A stretch of DNA of 64,000 nt from Nemertoderma westbladi (lineage: Eukaryota > Animalia > Xenacoelomorpha). The position numbers were made by a program, and so were the translations under genes. This document shows positions 37,101 through 50,300 of the stretch, piece after piece (position 1 is the first letter of the stretch; each line of letters starts with the position of its first letter). The notes under the pieces are model-generated. The model had not been told where the DNA came from and did not search any database. It worked only from the letters and a program-made list of their open reading frames with translations. The stretch is from assembly GCA_032718475.1 (NCBI GenBank), contig JAUCBJ010000476.1, positions 29,787 to 93,786 of the forward strand, read 5' to 3'.

Positions 37101-38391
37101 CTATACTGAGTATTTGAGTATGACGTTGCCTGGTGAGGAATCCTATAGTTATCATGAAACTGAATAGATTATAAACTTATTCATCATATACGAACAATTT
37201 ATTTTAATCAATCTAACAATTAACTTGTTTCAGTGTTGAAGCCGTTCTATGGCGCAGTGCTACCGAGAAAGTTTACGTCCATTTGTAGATGCAGTTTTAC
37301 TTTCAGTTTCGTTCTTAACTCAGTTGGGACCTTTTATTCCATTATAAAAATTAAACAAAATTTTTAAATATTTATTGCCCATTTGTTTTGTTTGGCTTGG
37401 ACTGTGGGGGCTGGGCAGTGTAGGTGTTTGCTGTCAAATAAATTTAGTTGTTTAGGGAGGGGTGGGATTCTTCCAAGAAGGACTGAGTTCTACTATAATG
37501 CGAATTTGCCAAGTTGGTGGAGTTTGACTAACTATAGAGAAGTTTTAACATATTAAGTTCATATTCTAGGATTCATTAAGCCAATAAAATGTCGCACTGG
37601 GATCCACGGCTGCGGCTGATATTCTTTACATATTCAATACGGTATCTGATTCGGTTTAGGTTCGACCTGGAATTCCTGATACAATACTGATATGAAACAG
37701 CAAAAAACATAAATTAAAATAAACCAAACATCTGCATCCTAAAATCATCCGTATTTTTATAAAATCATTGTTTCAAATAAATCTGTTGCACGATTTATAC
37801 AATTAATTCACCATAAATATGACTGACGCACTTAAATAATGAAACGTCTGTGGCAAGTTTGCTGAAGCGCTGCTCTTCTCGGGTGTAGTAACATCCTTGT
37901 TAAAATCGACGTCGATTGAGGTTTAAAGCAATGGAGTCCGATAAATTGAACCGTGGCCTTGGATCGGTAATGATTTTCGTGCAAATAGGAAACCTACAAT
38001 ACAAATATTCGTTTTTCTAAGCAATGCGATATTACATATACGTTTACGTTAATAAAACAACTCAAAAGTATCACAATATTATCATAATATTTAAAGCAAA
38101 ATTAATGTGGCTATTTTTAATTTATTTTACTTATCCCGGTCGTGGGATATCGCTACAATTTGTGATACGATAAGAATGTTTGGATATTTACGGTTTCTAC
38201 CACCTTGGAAGTTAGAGTGTCGCCTACAATGAACATGTAATAGCCAAGAGAGAAGACCCTTTAGTTTGCCACCGGTGTTTCTTGTTTTGCGTTCACCAAT
38301 AACTTTAATTATAATCTCACATTACTTCAGAATAAATTTGAAAACTTCAGCAGTATAATAATATATTTGATCTGTTGTCGATTGATCGTTT

Positions 38392-41300
38392 TTACCTTTG
38401 TCTAGTCGGAAAATATTGTTTTGGCTCCTTGACATTCCAAACAACGGCGAGTTTCAGAGCCGATCTGTTTATTTCCATGGGTTCCACTGTTACCCATGTG
38501 TTGGTTACATCTGAGTATTTTTCAGCATCTGATATTGTTGTAACCCCGTTGAAACCTCCTAATAATGATATAAAGATGTCTTATTTATTTAACAATATCC
38601 CGAAAGTGTATTATTTGAAATTGCTGACATTTTCATAAAACATCTCATCTGATGTAAAATTTGACTTAGATTCCAAAAATCAAGGTCCCATGACATGAAT
38701 CTCAAGCATGACATGAAACATTGGTTAAGTACTTGCCCCAACATGTGCTACATTGTGTGTGAAAATTTAATGTTAATATCATTTACAGCTTTTGATATAT
38801 GTAAAGGCGAATGGGAATAAATTAGATGATCCGAAATCGCCCCAAAAGTCCTTAGCCGCATTTGGCGTTTAGCGCCCAGATTATGCTTATAAGTTTTGAT
38901 TGGATTTGATTCAGGTCATTTGCTATCTATTATTGTTATCTACATTAAATTCTGTTCTAAATGTGTAAATTTTGAAAGTGAAAAAAGATAAAAAAAATTT
39001 CAAAATTTGGACCAAAATTTGAAAAATAACGGACCGCCTTGAAAATTGTCACAGAACAATGGACATAACTTTTTATAGCTGGTTATTATTGTTATTCATG
39101 TCATGGATCCTTGATTTTTGGAATCTACGTCAAATTTTGCATCAGATGAGATGTTTTATGAAAAATTCAGCAATTTCAAATTTTTTGGTGTGCATTGTGC
39201 AACCACAAGATTAAGATTAATTTAATTAAGTGGGTTTTTGGTGCCCCGTGTGGAAATCGCTGCGCTCGGATCTCCTTTTACAATAAAAACAATAACTGCA
39301 TACATTATGTATACCTAGGGGTCAACTGGTCAGCTTGAAATAAGCGAGTTGCTTTAGAAGCGAGTTGCTATACTCCCCTTGCTCTGGTTTCCTTAGATTT
39401 GATCCAATGCGTAGATCTCGGTCGGACGGTAGAGTTCCGTGAGGAAAATGAGTTTGGTTGTCCTTAGATTTACTATTGCGAATATATTGGGTCAATAATA
39501 ACGAGTTACTGAATAACGACGAAAGTTACATACTAACCGCATACGTAGATAAAGTCGTCAATAACAGCGACCCCAAAGTTAGACCTCGGAATATTCATAT
39601 CGGCTATAGGAGTCCATGTGTTGGAATCTACGTCGTACCTATTATATGACCAAAAATATATATACAGTCAATCGATATTCCTAGCGATACGTTTTGAATT
39701 GTGTCACTAACAACTACCGGTACTGTAACTACTAACTATTACCACAAACAGCCGTACTTTTGTCTCCGATGCCTGCCTGGCAATGGCTGTCCAGTCCATG
39801 CGATACAGTTATGTAACAAATTAATATTATTGAGTTAATTTGGGGGAATCTGGGCGCTCACGTAATTGGGGGTTAGCCATTATATAACTGAATAGCCGGG
39901 AGGTTGGAAAATGAACAACAGAAGTGCATCAATAATTAAGGATTATAAGCCGATAACATTCGCGCAGTGGAAAAACACGGCTGCTCATTTCTCCACGAAC
40001 TTCAAATATTTGGTATCCCAAAGTCCACCATTCAAAAATCCGTACAAACAAATTACAAAAACGACGAACATTCGCTAAGGAGCGACTGACGGAGAAACGT
40101 TTTTCAAACAAAAAATTGCTAAAAAATTAAAGCAAAAATAAAAATTCTTACTCACACACTATAATTTCATGAGGTCAAATATCTCTGTTTAACTTTCAAG
40201 CAAACTCATTTAAGATTTAATAATAAGATTTATTTACATTTAAGAAAATCGAGGAACTGCCTCTGAACTACTCCACTATATCCTGTACATTATGTGTGTA
40301 ATCTGTGCCTGCTGCTAGAAGTAGAAGCAAATAAAACTTACCTTTCTCCGGTCTTTAATCGAGCTGCACCATCGAAACCTCCTATAGAATACAGCGTATT
40401 GTGGTAGTTGCAGGCCGAAACACCCGATCTTCTCGATCCCATATCCCCGATCATCGACCACATGTTCAACTCGGGGTCGTAACACTCGCAAGACATCAAG
40501 CATTCCGATCCTAGATGCAATTGGTAACTTATAAATCACATTGGAGCAGGTCAAGCAAAGATATTGTCCCCACCGTTTCTGTTCAAATAGGATGGCGAGA
40601 AACGCCTTTACTCTGAGACAGATTATGTGCGCCGATACTACTTTTCTCCCTTTGTCGCAACCTGTCACGAAGAACGAAGCCCAGGTCAAGCAATATTCTG
40701 CGGACCATTACAGACAAGGCTCCACCGAGCTTGGGGCATACGATACACCTGCGAGGTTGGTTGGCTAACAAGTCGAATTGCCTTCGCCATTATTCGCGGC
40801 ACTTCCCAGTGTCAGCGGTGATCCGGAGTCAGATGCCTAAGTGCTCGTCTGGGTCGCTGGTGGGGACTTGCATCCAAAAACTGATCTGATCTGACATTTT
40901 TAACTGGTTGCTCTGGTGGTGGGAATAGTTCAAAATTTTGAGTCAGATAATTTGACTGATTTATAAAATACCTATCTTAGCATCCCGCAAAAAATTATTT
41001 TCCGAGCGCTGATTATAAGTACTTCTACTTATGCTTGGTTACAATTCTTTACATTATTATGCTGAACATCCCCGACAAACCAATGAATACCGTATCAAAT
41101 CTTACAGCTGTAAGTTGTATATTACTAAACTAACTCTGACTTCAGTCTTTTGTGTTTGAAAGGTAGATAAAATTGTGTAAAGACATGTAATACAAAGGGT
41201 TTAAGGGGGGGGGGGGGGGGGGGGGGGTACCCCCTCAGGAGAGTTTTTTTTTAAACAGCTCAAACTTCGTGTTGTAGGTCAATATCATTGTTATGTTGTG

Positions 41301-44300
41301 TTCAGTCAACGTGGGGAAGGCCAAAGAGCAACAAAAAGTTAAATTTTAAATTTTTTTGTGTCCCTCTAGCGGCGAGTGGCGGAATTAAATATTTCACTAA
41401 AAACACTACTAGTCCCTTAATACTTATCGAATTTTTTTTAAACCAACTTTTTTGGACTCAGCACCATCGTTTCTACAAAAATTATCCAGCCGATTTTTAA
41501 ATTATTAATTTTAAAGTAAATTAATTAAATTTATTAATCAAAATTAATAAAATTAATTAAAATTTTCAATAATATAAAAAAAAAATTTTTCAAAAAAATG
41601 CTGGATAATTTTTCAAGATGTTCAAAAAACCTTTCAAACGTGCCATAAATTATCGAATTTGGGTGAAAAACGGCGGAAGAGTAGTATTTTGAAAAATGGA
41701 AATATCGTGAAATATAATTCCGAGATAATTTGCTTTAAAATTTGAACCTTCCCGCTCAAACCTGACTGTCTGTAGTCTGTTAATCGGTCAGTAATGTTTG
41801 ACACTATGGCTTCATACCAACTCACTAAAATTATCAATATGGGGGTTTTCGGGGTCGGTGATTTCATTTCTGATGTCTGTTTTAATGTTTGGTGGCTTTG
41901 TCTGGTGGTCTTGTCCTTATAGAACCTCTGACTCTGTGGAACCTTTTAACATGGAATCAGCAAGTATTGTCGATGTGGTAGTTAAGCAAGTAATCCTCAG
42001 ATCCACAATCTAGGCCCTATCTAAGAGCTATTCATGGCAGTTTGCTTAAGGTCTTATTTGTAGAATTAAATAAAGTCATAAAGTCATTCAAACAGAAGAC
42101 CGATTGCAGTTTGGTTCCTATTATTAGTGTTTTTTGTTCAGAAATGGAAAAAATGAGAAAGCGCATCACCGGGGGTTGAACCAGCGCTTAACGTACAGTA
42201 CGTTTCAGTCTATCAGGCCTCATCAGTAGCGCAAACCAGTTCAGCCACTTGTCCCTGACATTCACTATCCCACCTAATCCACTTCTATTGAAAAGGCAGT
42301 CTTAAGTTGCATATCCTAACTCTAACAACGGACCTACCGGCCTCAAGTATGCTAGAGTGAAACAGGAGGGACGTACTAATAAATAAATATTCAGCTCGAG
42401 TATTGCTGCCAGGTGATATTAAATAAATAAATTGGAGTTGAGCTGTTAATGCAACTGTAATTGAAGATGTGATATTATAGAGAGATAGGATATGCAACTA
42501 ATATAATTTTATTAGATATTGATCGGATACTAAATCGTTAATAAACCTTTATAAATTTGGCTCCGCGGAAAAATATCCAGACTGTCAAGAGATGTTAGAC
42601 GACTTTTGTGCTTGTAATAAAATATTTTGCAATTTGATATTGCATATTAAAAAATAAATGCGATGTATTCTATCTCACCATTGAATCCGCCAACCATATA
42701 TATTTTTCCATCCATTTCCACGGCGCAGGAATCAGAGCGAACCATACTCATGTTAGCAATCAGAGACCATTGATTGGTGCTCGGGTCGAAATGTTCCGCT
42801 GAGTCGTGGCGGCTCCTACCATTAAATCCACCCAGGGCGTAAATCTCTTTATTGATTACTAAAATTATAAATATTCCACTATAAACTAAAACAAAAGTTA
42901 TCAAAGTAAATTATTTCAAAAATAAACATGTCACATGCAAAATTGATTCCCTAACAAAGAACAGTTATCGGTGTCGGTTAAACACGCAAACTGAAGGAAT
43001 CTCTAAGCTTCATCTTTTTTGACTGTTACCTGCAAGGCTCGGAGGGTATCACACTAACTCTAAGAGGTGAACACTTCTTAGCTAATAGAACTAGACTTTC
43101 CCTACTCCTCCAGCAGAAATCATATTTTTCATTGCTGGTTTAGCGATAGCACTACGGGTATATCATATCTTAGTTAGGGACAAAAGGACACACCAGAACC
43201 AGTACGAATTTGATACAACATTTACTCGGATTTCAGCCTGCGTCGCCTATCACGGTAAGAGGTCAGACGCTAAATCATCCATCCCAATCCACACAGAATA
43301 GAAAATTTTATTTATAAGTTTACACATTCAAAAAATATATCTCACATAATTTTACAATTATTGTTTTAAAGTTGTGTTCCCCGTGAAAACCTATCGCATA
43401 GTATTATTGTATTTTTTCTTCGAGGGAGGGTGGGGTTTGGTTTGGCTCTCACATACATGCAATACGTTGTTACACCCTGGCTCCTCAATCTAGAATCACC
43501 ACTTGGTATTCGGTCGAGCTGGTATCCTTTGCTTCTTCTTTGTAGAACTATAGAGTAAACGCAATATCATGAATCTCACTTTGTTTTTATTTATTTATAT
43601 TATTTTTTAGTCGGCGATGGAGAGGGACTCGCCTACTGCCCAACCTCCCTCCTCCACCCCAACCACCGAACTCGTTTCTCCTAAAAGGAGGAATAAACGG
43701 AATTCGATGGGGTTTTCGATTTTTATATTAAACGCAATATCCTGAATCTCAATGGAAATTATTCAAACCCCCAAGTGCCCAACTCTAATTCATGAATTTT
43801 TGAAGTCTGTCAGTCTTTCTGTCAGTTTGTCTGTCAAGACTTTAGAAAGAATAAAATCTACTAACATTCTCGCTCTGGGTGTTTCCCTTGTCAAGGATTT
43901 CATTTCCCCTGTCAGTTTTTACTTTGACCCTATCCAGACTGTCTGTCGGTCTGTCTGTCGGTCTGTCTGTCGGACTGTCTGTCCGTCAAAAATATAAGGA
44001 ATCACATTAGCTAATTAAAATTTTCTCTATGGGGGTTTTCCTGGTCAAGGATTTCACTTCCGCTGTCAGTTTTCTCTTTTACCCCTATCCAGACTGTCTG
44101 TTGGTCTGTCTGTCGGTCTGTCTGTCTGTCAAAAATATAAGGAATCACATTAGCTAATTAAAATTCTCTCTATGGGGGTTTTCCTGGTCAAGGATTTCAT
44201 TTCCGCTGTCAGTTTTCACTTTTGACCCTATCCAGACTGTCTGTCGGTCTGTCTGTCCGTCAAAAATATACGGAATCACATTAGCTAATTAAAATTCTCT

Positions 44301-47300
44301 CTATGGGGGTTTTCCTGGTCAAGGATTTCATTTCCGCTGTCAGTTTTTACTTTTGACCCTATCCAGACTGCCTGTCGGTCTGTCTGTCGGTCTGTCTGTC
44401 AGTCTGTCCGTCAAAAGTATAAGGAATCACATTAGCTAATTAAAATTCTCGCTATTATTCTGTTATTGCTAAAGTCTCTCAGTCTGTAAGCAGGTCTGCA
44501 GAAGGCCTACCGGTAGTTAAATTACAGTAGATACAAGCTGAAATGTGTCGCTAACATATAGAAGCATGTACTTAATAGTCCACCAAAATTTTCCCTTCTT
44601 AGAAATCGAATAAATGTCATGGAACAGACGTGTGTGTCATGGCGCAATACCCATGGAACAGACGTGCCATGGTACCGAAAGGGTTAACATTACGTAAACC
44701 ACAACATACCTGCAACACTCACGTAGCACCGTCTATAGTGCATAGGTGCCGAGTCCAACCACGCATGTTGGTCCAAGGAATATGTCTTTACCGTATTAAA
44801 ATATTCACCGTTGCCGTCGAATCCCCCAATAACGTAAACGCGATTATCTATGACGGCAATACCGTGGTAGGCCCTTGGTCGCTGATCTGGTGGCCAGAAC
44901 ACGTGCGACCATGTGTTGGCTCGAGTGTCGTACACCTGCGCAATAAGGTAACTGAATGAAAGTTGTACCGGGATTATATTTAATTGGGACTATGCAATTT
45001 ATTATCGAGTTGAATTGAAACAAACAAAACATATAATATAATAGAATTGAAAGAGTCATTTAATATCTTTATAAATGAAGGAAAAAAATTATCACAAATT
45101 ATATTAATGTTAAGTTTCAACATCACTTATAACTGTACAGTGATAACCAGGAATGTAAAAAGATTATTCGAAAATTTCAACATTACATATCGCCACGCCG
45201 AAGCTAAAATTGACATCGATTATCATTACATTTCTGCTAGTCTACCGTTCCCGTTCTTACCGTTCTAGCTAGTTTCACTTCAATATAATTAAATAATACT
45301 AATGGCTTTCCTTACCTCAATGGCGTTTGTCGGTGCTTGGCCGCTCCAACCACCGTAAGCAATCAACAAATCCGAAGGTGTACGAAATCTTCCCAAAGTT
45401 CTTCTCACTTCGAGCACAGTGGGGTGAGGAAATGGGTTCAACTGTCCGCGATTATTTTTATCTTGGAGTGACAATAATTGGGACAGAGATTCAGTGATTA
45501 GGGTATGGCACTCTTCTGAGTCCCTGTAAGATACCAACATAATAGGATTTTATTCCCAAATTGCGGCATAAGACTGACTTGGCCACTTAAAGTTTACCAA
45601 ATTTATAAACGTATAAAAATATTTAGACTGCCTCAGAGTTAATAAATGTGGACACTAGTAGCCTTTGACGAAAAGTAAAATTCAAAAACATATTATGTAA
45701 TGGTAATGAGGTTGAAAATCATTCAATCGAATCCATATCATGACTAACAAATCCTCTGAATTTCGAGAACTTCAGGTTTTCAAAACTTTTAGTGGATGCA
45801 GTCTGGTGCAGTACCATGGCGATTTATACTTTATATTGTAGGTCTTCTGTCAGCATGCTGTATTTAACCTGCATTATTATAATGCATACATTTATAAGAA
45901 TGCTATGTCGGCCTTTCAACAAAATTGCGCCGCCACAACGCCTTTATCACCCTTGACTTTCGCGAGATTAACCGTATCTTCAAGTGACCTTTGCGAGGCG
46001 TCTCAGGATCGCATTTATTTTTAATTGTATGTTATTGAGAATTGATTGGAATCCCTGAATGCAGCAATACTTCATCTCAAACAAATTGCCCATGACACGG
46101 ATTGGTACCGGTCGTAGTACTACACGTTCGTGGGGTCTTCGCGCAGCACGAAGTGAGCAAAGCCTTTAGCATATGGGTACCATTAACGAGTTGTCTGCCG
46201 TTAGTCAGAAGTCTTCAACACAATACTCGTCCTCCTCTTGTGCCTCGTTGCGTTCGGTCGTTTTTGACGAAAGTTCAGATACTTTCTAAACTTTTGCCGG
46301 ACTACATACGTACCAAGTTTCGTTTAATTTCATCAAGGAATAACCGAGTTATTAGCGATCCAAAATTTACGACGACAGACGACGACGACGACGACAGACA
46401 ACTCGCCAATGGCACCCATATGCTAAGGCTTCGCTCACTTCGTGGCTCGCCCCACAACTAATGGCAAAGCATATTTTTAGTATCCGTTAGCTAAGAATGT
46501 CAGTGATTCAAATTTGCAAGTTGTGTAAATTATTTAAATCTATTAAATATTGATTATTTCTAGTTACTTACCTTACGAATGGGTTTACATTGTTGATGAT
46601 ATAAACTTCTGAAAACAGAGCCAATCGACAATGTTTCAATATATCAAAGAGGTTAATCTTTGTGTCTTTATTTTCGTTAACCCATTTCACGATTGCATCG
46701 AAAACCGTTTTTTCGGCTGAACAATTTAGCTCATCCTGACATAATATCTGTATCAAATATAGAGAAACAGTAACTATAAATTGTTAATTAATAACCGATA
46801 ATTGAGGTAGAGCAAGAGCAATTATGATTATAATTTTAATACTGAATATTGATAAGTATTGCTATATTATTATAATTAATTATCGTATTAAATGTTTGAA
46901 TAATTCGGCCATTAACCCGCTTAAAAGTTTCATATATTTTAACAATATATTTGATAGTAACAATGTGTTGGCAAGCTGTATTTTTCGAGGTGTTTGTTAT
47001 TATACATTTATTATAGGAAGGGATCTAGGGGTCTTAACCTCGAATGATAAGTTTATTTTACCGAAAATAACTTATCTTTTATTGGCGCAATTGGCGCAAA
47101 TAAACTTATCATTCGAGGTTAAGACCCCTAGATCCCTTCCTATAATAAATGTATAACAATATATTTACAAGTTTATTAAAGCCCAGCCCAGCCCCTCTCC
47201 CTCCTATATTCTTTATGGAAACTCGCAATAAGTAGGTGATGAGGAACAAAGGTAGATTCCCACATAATTTGAAAATACTTTCCTTGAAATCACAGAAACG

Positions 47301-50300
47301 TAAAGGGATGAAATGTGAACTGGTTTTGAAGGTGTCTACACCCACTAAATTTTGTAGCTCGGAACACAATATTGATATTGATACTGTGTGTAGTAATGGT
47401 AAGCATTCCTTTTGGCGATGTGTCTATATTACAATGATGTAATTACGCTGCGTTGAACACAATTTCACCTTTAGTGAAATAACTCATCACATAGTTCTAA
47501 TGCTGCAATAGTTCTCATCATGTTCTGACTAAGCAGACAGAATCTATCCTCACTCAATTCATCACTGATTCGAATAAGTCTAATAAATACTCTATCAATG
47601 CAACATGTACACCGTGACCGTGAATAGAATATAGTAGTCACATTGTATTATATTTCATAAAAATAGACTTATTACGGGTCATGGTGTATTAGAGATGATA
47701 TGATGTGGTTGCCTTGACTGCCATCAACAAACCATCAGTCAGTACACGATATCAAGAAACCAATGAGTCAGACAGAATGGCAGATATAATGACAAAATAT
47801 AATGAAAATTATCCACTTTACCAAATTCAAATTTTCGTACGTTATTAGGTGAGAGGATATAATATAGTCAAATAATTGTTGTGGTAAAACCAAGGCGACC
47901 TTTACTAACGTCCTATAATATAACTAAACTATAGTCAATGAAACATAATATTAACAATACACGAAGCTTAAACTCGTCTTACCTGTGAGACCTGGACTAC
48001 TGGTAGAGAACACCATTCGTTTGAGACCCTAACAATTTCGGGAAAATTATAGAGGATAAACCTGTAAGATAAAAATATACCGTTACAAATATTATCCAAA
48101 ATTATTAATATTATCGCAATGGAAAATTGACAACTAAAAAATAAATAATTGCAATATCAAATGGACAACGTACCTAAAGCAATTCGAACGAAGCTTTTCT
48201 AAGTAATATGTATGAGTCGTCATCCATATACCAAGTACATTGGCGGGGCATATTTCAGACAATAGAAACTCTGTACAAAGATCAAGGAGAGAAACAATGT
48301 TCAAGTAATCACTGAAAATATAAATTATTATTATGTTATGTGAAGCTATGAATAATTACCGTTAATTAATACAACTATGTGGTGCAATAGGACGTCGTGC
48401 GTACGTAAATGAAAACGGTCGATGAATTAGTTTACCTATTTATATCCAATTCATTTTTATTTCATAAATTTTTAATTAATATTTTACATTTGAAACCTTG
48501 ACATTTAAATATTACAAGAAATCAAAAAGGTCGCAACACACCAGAAAATATCCGGTAAATGAATCAGTTTAAAAGTAGCGACAAGGTCCGCCTCAAAAAG
48601 TTGCAACTATCACTGCGGCAACATATTGCAGGTTCCCTCTCCCATTCTCACGTGCAACTTTAATGCTTGATTGCTACTTTATTGCTACTGTATTAAAAAG
48701 TTATAAACTCGTGCAAAACTCGACCGACCACTCTGATAATAATAGTCGAATATTACTAAACTAAAAATGACATTGAAAAAAACGCTGTTTTCCGAATATT
48801 TATATTGTTATCGAATATATTAATATATACCCGACCTTGTTCGGTAAAGCGTACGTAACGTGGTAGCAAGCACAGAAAGATGAAATTAAAAGTGTAATTT
48901 AAAACAATAAGAGAGCAATGACATCAAGATACTAAACAACAACAAAGTATAGTGCATAAATCCGTGTAGGATTTAAACTGCACATAAATAAATTCATTTG
49001 CCTATGCGATTATAGAGAGTGTGCACTTGTTTGTGTTTCAACAAAAAAAGAAGACAGTGAAGGTAATAACAGCTGCCCAAACTTGGTTTACTTCGATTGG
49101 TTAACGGTGATATTGCTTAGTCACAATATTGTCATTTATTGTACTATTGTCAAAGATGCCATACTTCATTTGGCCGACCATGAGAATTAAACATAGAATA
49201 TTTATTATCATCTGGTAGCTGACCAACCATAACAGCGAAATTACACATCGTTAGAATACACTCGTCAGTTGAGTTGAATGACTTGGTAAGACCATCTGTA
49301 ATTGTTGAATTACTATCTAAAATATCTAATCTAAGTGAGAGTATTCAAAATGTTGACTTTTAAGAACCAGCAACAGCTCCAGTCCATCCAGTACTACAAT
49401 TAGTTGTAGAAAACTTGTCATATATTGGAACTTATAATTTTTACTTAAAAAGACTTCAACAAAATCAACCGCCAAATTTGCGATGTTTGCACAAAATTTA
49501 AATTTGTTGAACTTTATTCTTGATATTAATTAGATTTACTAGTAATAACAGCTGCCCAAACTTGGTTTAATGCGATTGGTTAACTACGATTGCTTAGTCA
49601 CAATATTGGAATATCCGTTGAAAATTACTAAGCCAAGCCAGCGTAAGGTGACAGGTGACAAGTGTTTGTATGTGGGGCGAGCGACGAAAGTAAGCGAGCG
49701 AGCATACAGGTACCACTAACTCAATCGGTGTGCCTGTTGCTCTGTCGATCTGTTGTTCTGTTGTGTCCAATTTTAAACGTTAATAACTCAGCCAAATGTT
49801 AATGAAATTTAACCAAACTTGGTACACATGTAGTCTGGCCAAAGTATAGAAATTTTCCAAGTTGAATTTGCGTGGGGTCTTCGTGCAGCATCTGTGTAAC
49901 TGTCTTACAGTTATAATAAATTAATCTACCCAAAAATTATTAGGCTTGGCATCAGCTGGTTGCTAGGAGACTGCAGGATTACAGTACGGTACCGGTACTG
50001 TTAACTGTTACAGTGGTAAAGAGTTACCGGTACCGTCTTCAGGTCGTTGGTCGTTGGCAAGGCCATCTTAACAACTTCTTCATCTAAACAGCTTCCGACA
50101 GTCCGGTGTATCTGGATCCGAGCAGCCGAGTGGCATCAAGATGCGATTAACTGAGGAATAAATACTACGGAATTGCTTGCTTGTCAGTAAGATTATATTT
50201 ACTACACTGGGAATGCGGCGGTCGGTCGGATCGTAATGCGGGCCACTGCCAAGTTCCTCATGCCTCACTCAGGCCACCCACCTTGGAGTGCGGTGGGAAG

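Larger units (their letters stand above)
31737..37983. repeat. Right arm of large inverted segmental duplication
   Basis: Reverse complement of 1-7572, apart from arm-specific insertions and satellite length. Confidence 0.95.

Noticed and set aside
1-37983. Arms as TIRs of a giant transposon or endogenous virus (Maverick/Teratorn-like)
   Set aside because: No transposase, polB, DNA-virus capsid or ATPase genes inside; the arms contain host exon and intron sequence and end at an LTR.
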